From NCBI GenBank assembly GCA_016219515.1, contig JACRMU010000140.1:12279-76278 (forward strand): a stretch of DNA of 64,000 nt, in the 5' to 3' direction. The position numbers and the translations under genes were made by a program. Of the stretch, positions 63,785 through 64,000 are shown piece after piece. Each line of letters opens with the position of its first letter. Position 1 is the first letter of the stretch. This stretch comes from Deltaproteobacteria bacterium. Its GTDB lineage: Bacteria; Desulfobacterota; Deferrimicrobia; Deferrimicrobiales; Deferrimicrobiaceae. Below the pieces are notes generated by a model that was given only the letters and a program-made list of their open reading frames with translations, made no database searches and was not told where the DNA came from.

Positions 63785-64000
63785 ATGGCCACGGAGCTGG
63801 CGCAAAACGTGCGCTTGGCGTTTTCCCCGGGCGGGCCCCTGTCCCGGGCCGTCCGCGGGTTCGAGCCCAGGCCCGGGCAGTTGCGCCTTGCCGCCGCATG
63901 GTCGGACGCAATCTCCCGGGGGGAAGTCCTCGTGGCGGAAGCGGCCACCGGAATCGGGAAAACGCTGGCCTACCTCGTCCCCGTCGTGCTGTCCGGCCGC
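63785..64000 (+). CDS. DinG-family ATP-dependent DNA helicase (YoaA/DinG-like), 5' partial; continues beyond the window
   Basis: MATELAQNVRLAFSPGGPLSRAVRGFEPRPGQLRLAAAWSDAISRGEVLVAEAATGIGKTLAYLVP contains the Q-motif/Walker A arrangement (PRPGQ..., TGIGKTLAYL) typical of DinG/Rad3 helicases. Confidence 0.55.
   Translation, partial: MATELAQNVRLAFSPGGPLSRAVRGFEPRPGQLRLAAAWSDAISRGEVLVAEAATGIGKTLAYLVPVVLSGR

Noticed and set aside
1-64000. CRISPR arrays, integrases, transposases or phage genes near the tRNA-Arg
   Set aside because: No regularly spaced direct repeats and no recombinase, transposase or phage-like ORFs anywhere in the window. The tRNA-Arg does not appear to border a mobile island.

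Overview
High-GC (about 65-68%) chromosomal segment from an anaerobic proteobacterium-like organism. The gene content resembles Geobacter/Desulfuromonadota, but this is a guess from content only. The ends of the window (1-18 kb and 46-64 kb) carry ordinary genes: livGF-like ABC ATPases, two family-III CoA-transferases, a KefB-like antiporter, a penicillin-acylase-family Ntn hydrolase, a complete respiratory nitrate reductase operon arranged cytochrome c-narG-narH-narJ-narI-narK (Thermus narCGHJIK-like order), a dctPQM-iorAB-paaK aromatic 2-oxoacid module, and hrcA(CIRCE)-grpE-dnaJ. The middle (about 18-46 kb) looks accessory and signalling-rich. It holds a HEAT-repeat/HD-GYP gene pair, two paralogous PAS hybrid histidine kinases, a PagL-like outer-membrane protein, tRNA-Arg(ACG), and a PadR module. 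It also holds a roughly 1375-aa secreted multicopper oxidase with three C-terminal FN3 domains (Geobacter OmpB/OmpC-like). That oxidase sits with two tandem periplasmic FkpA-type chaperones, downstream of a sigma-54 -24/-12 promoter, and immediately upstream lie a sensor kinase and a sigma-54-dependent NtrC-family regulator. Most unusual is an NHL beta-propeller protein followed by a 1522-aa secreted protein. That protein fuses an 11-13-haem c-type cytochrome module to three Ig-like repeats and a right-handed parallel beta-helix. This two-gene block is the best candidate for an undescribed extracellular redox system. Two genes carry apparent lesions: a single-G frameshift in a G-run, and an in-frame TGA inside a PAS domain.
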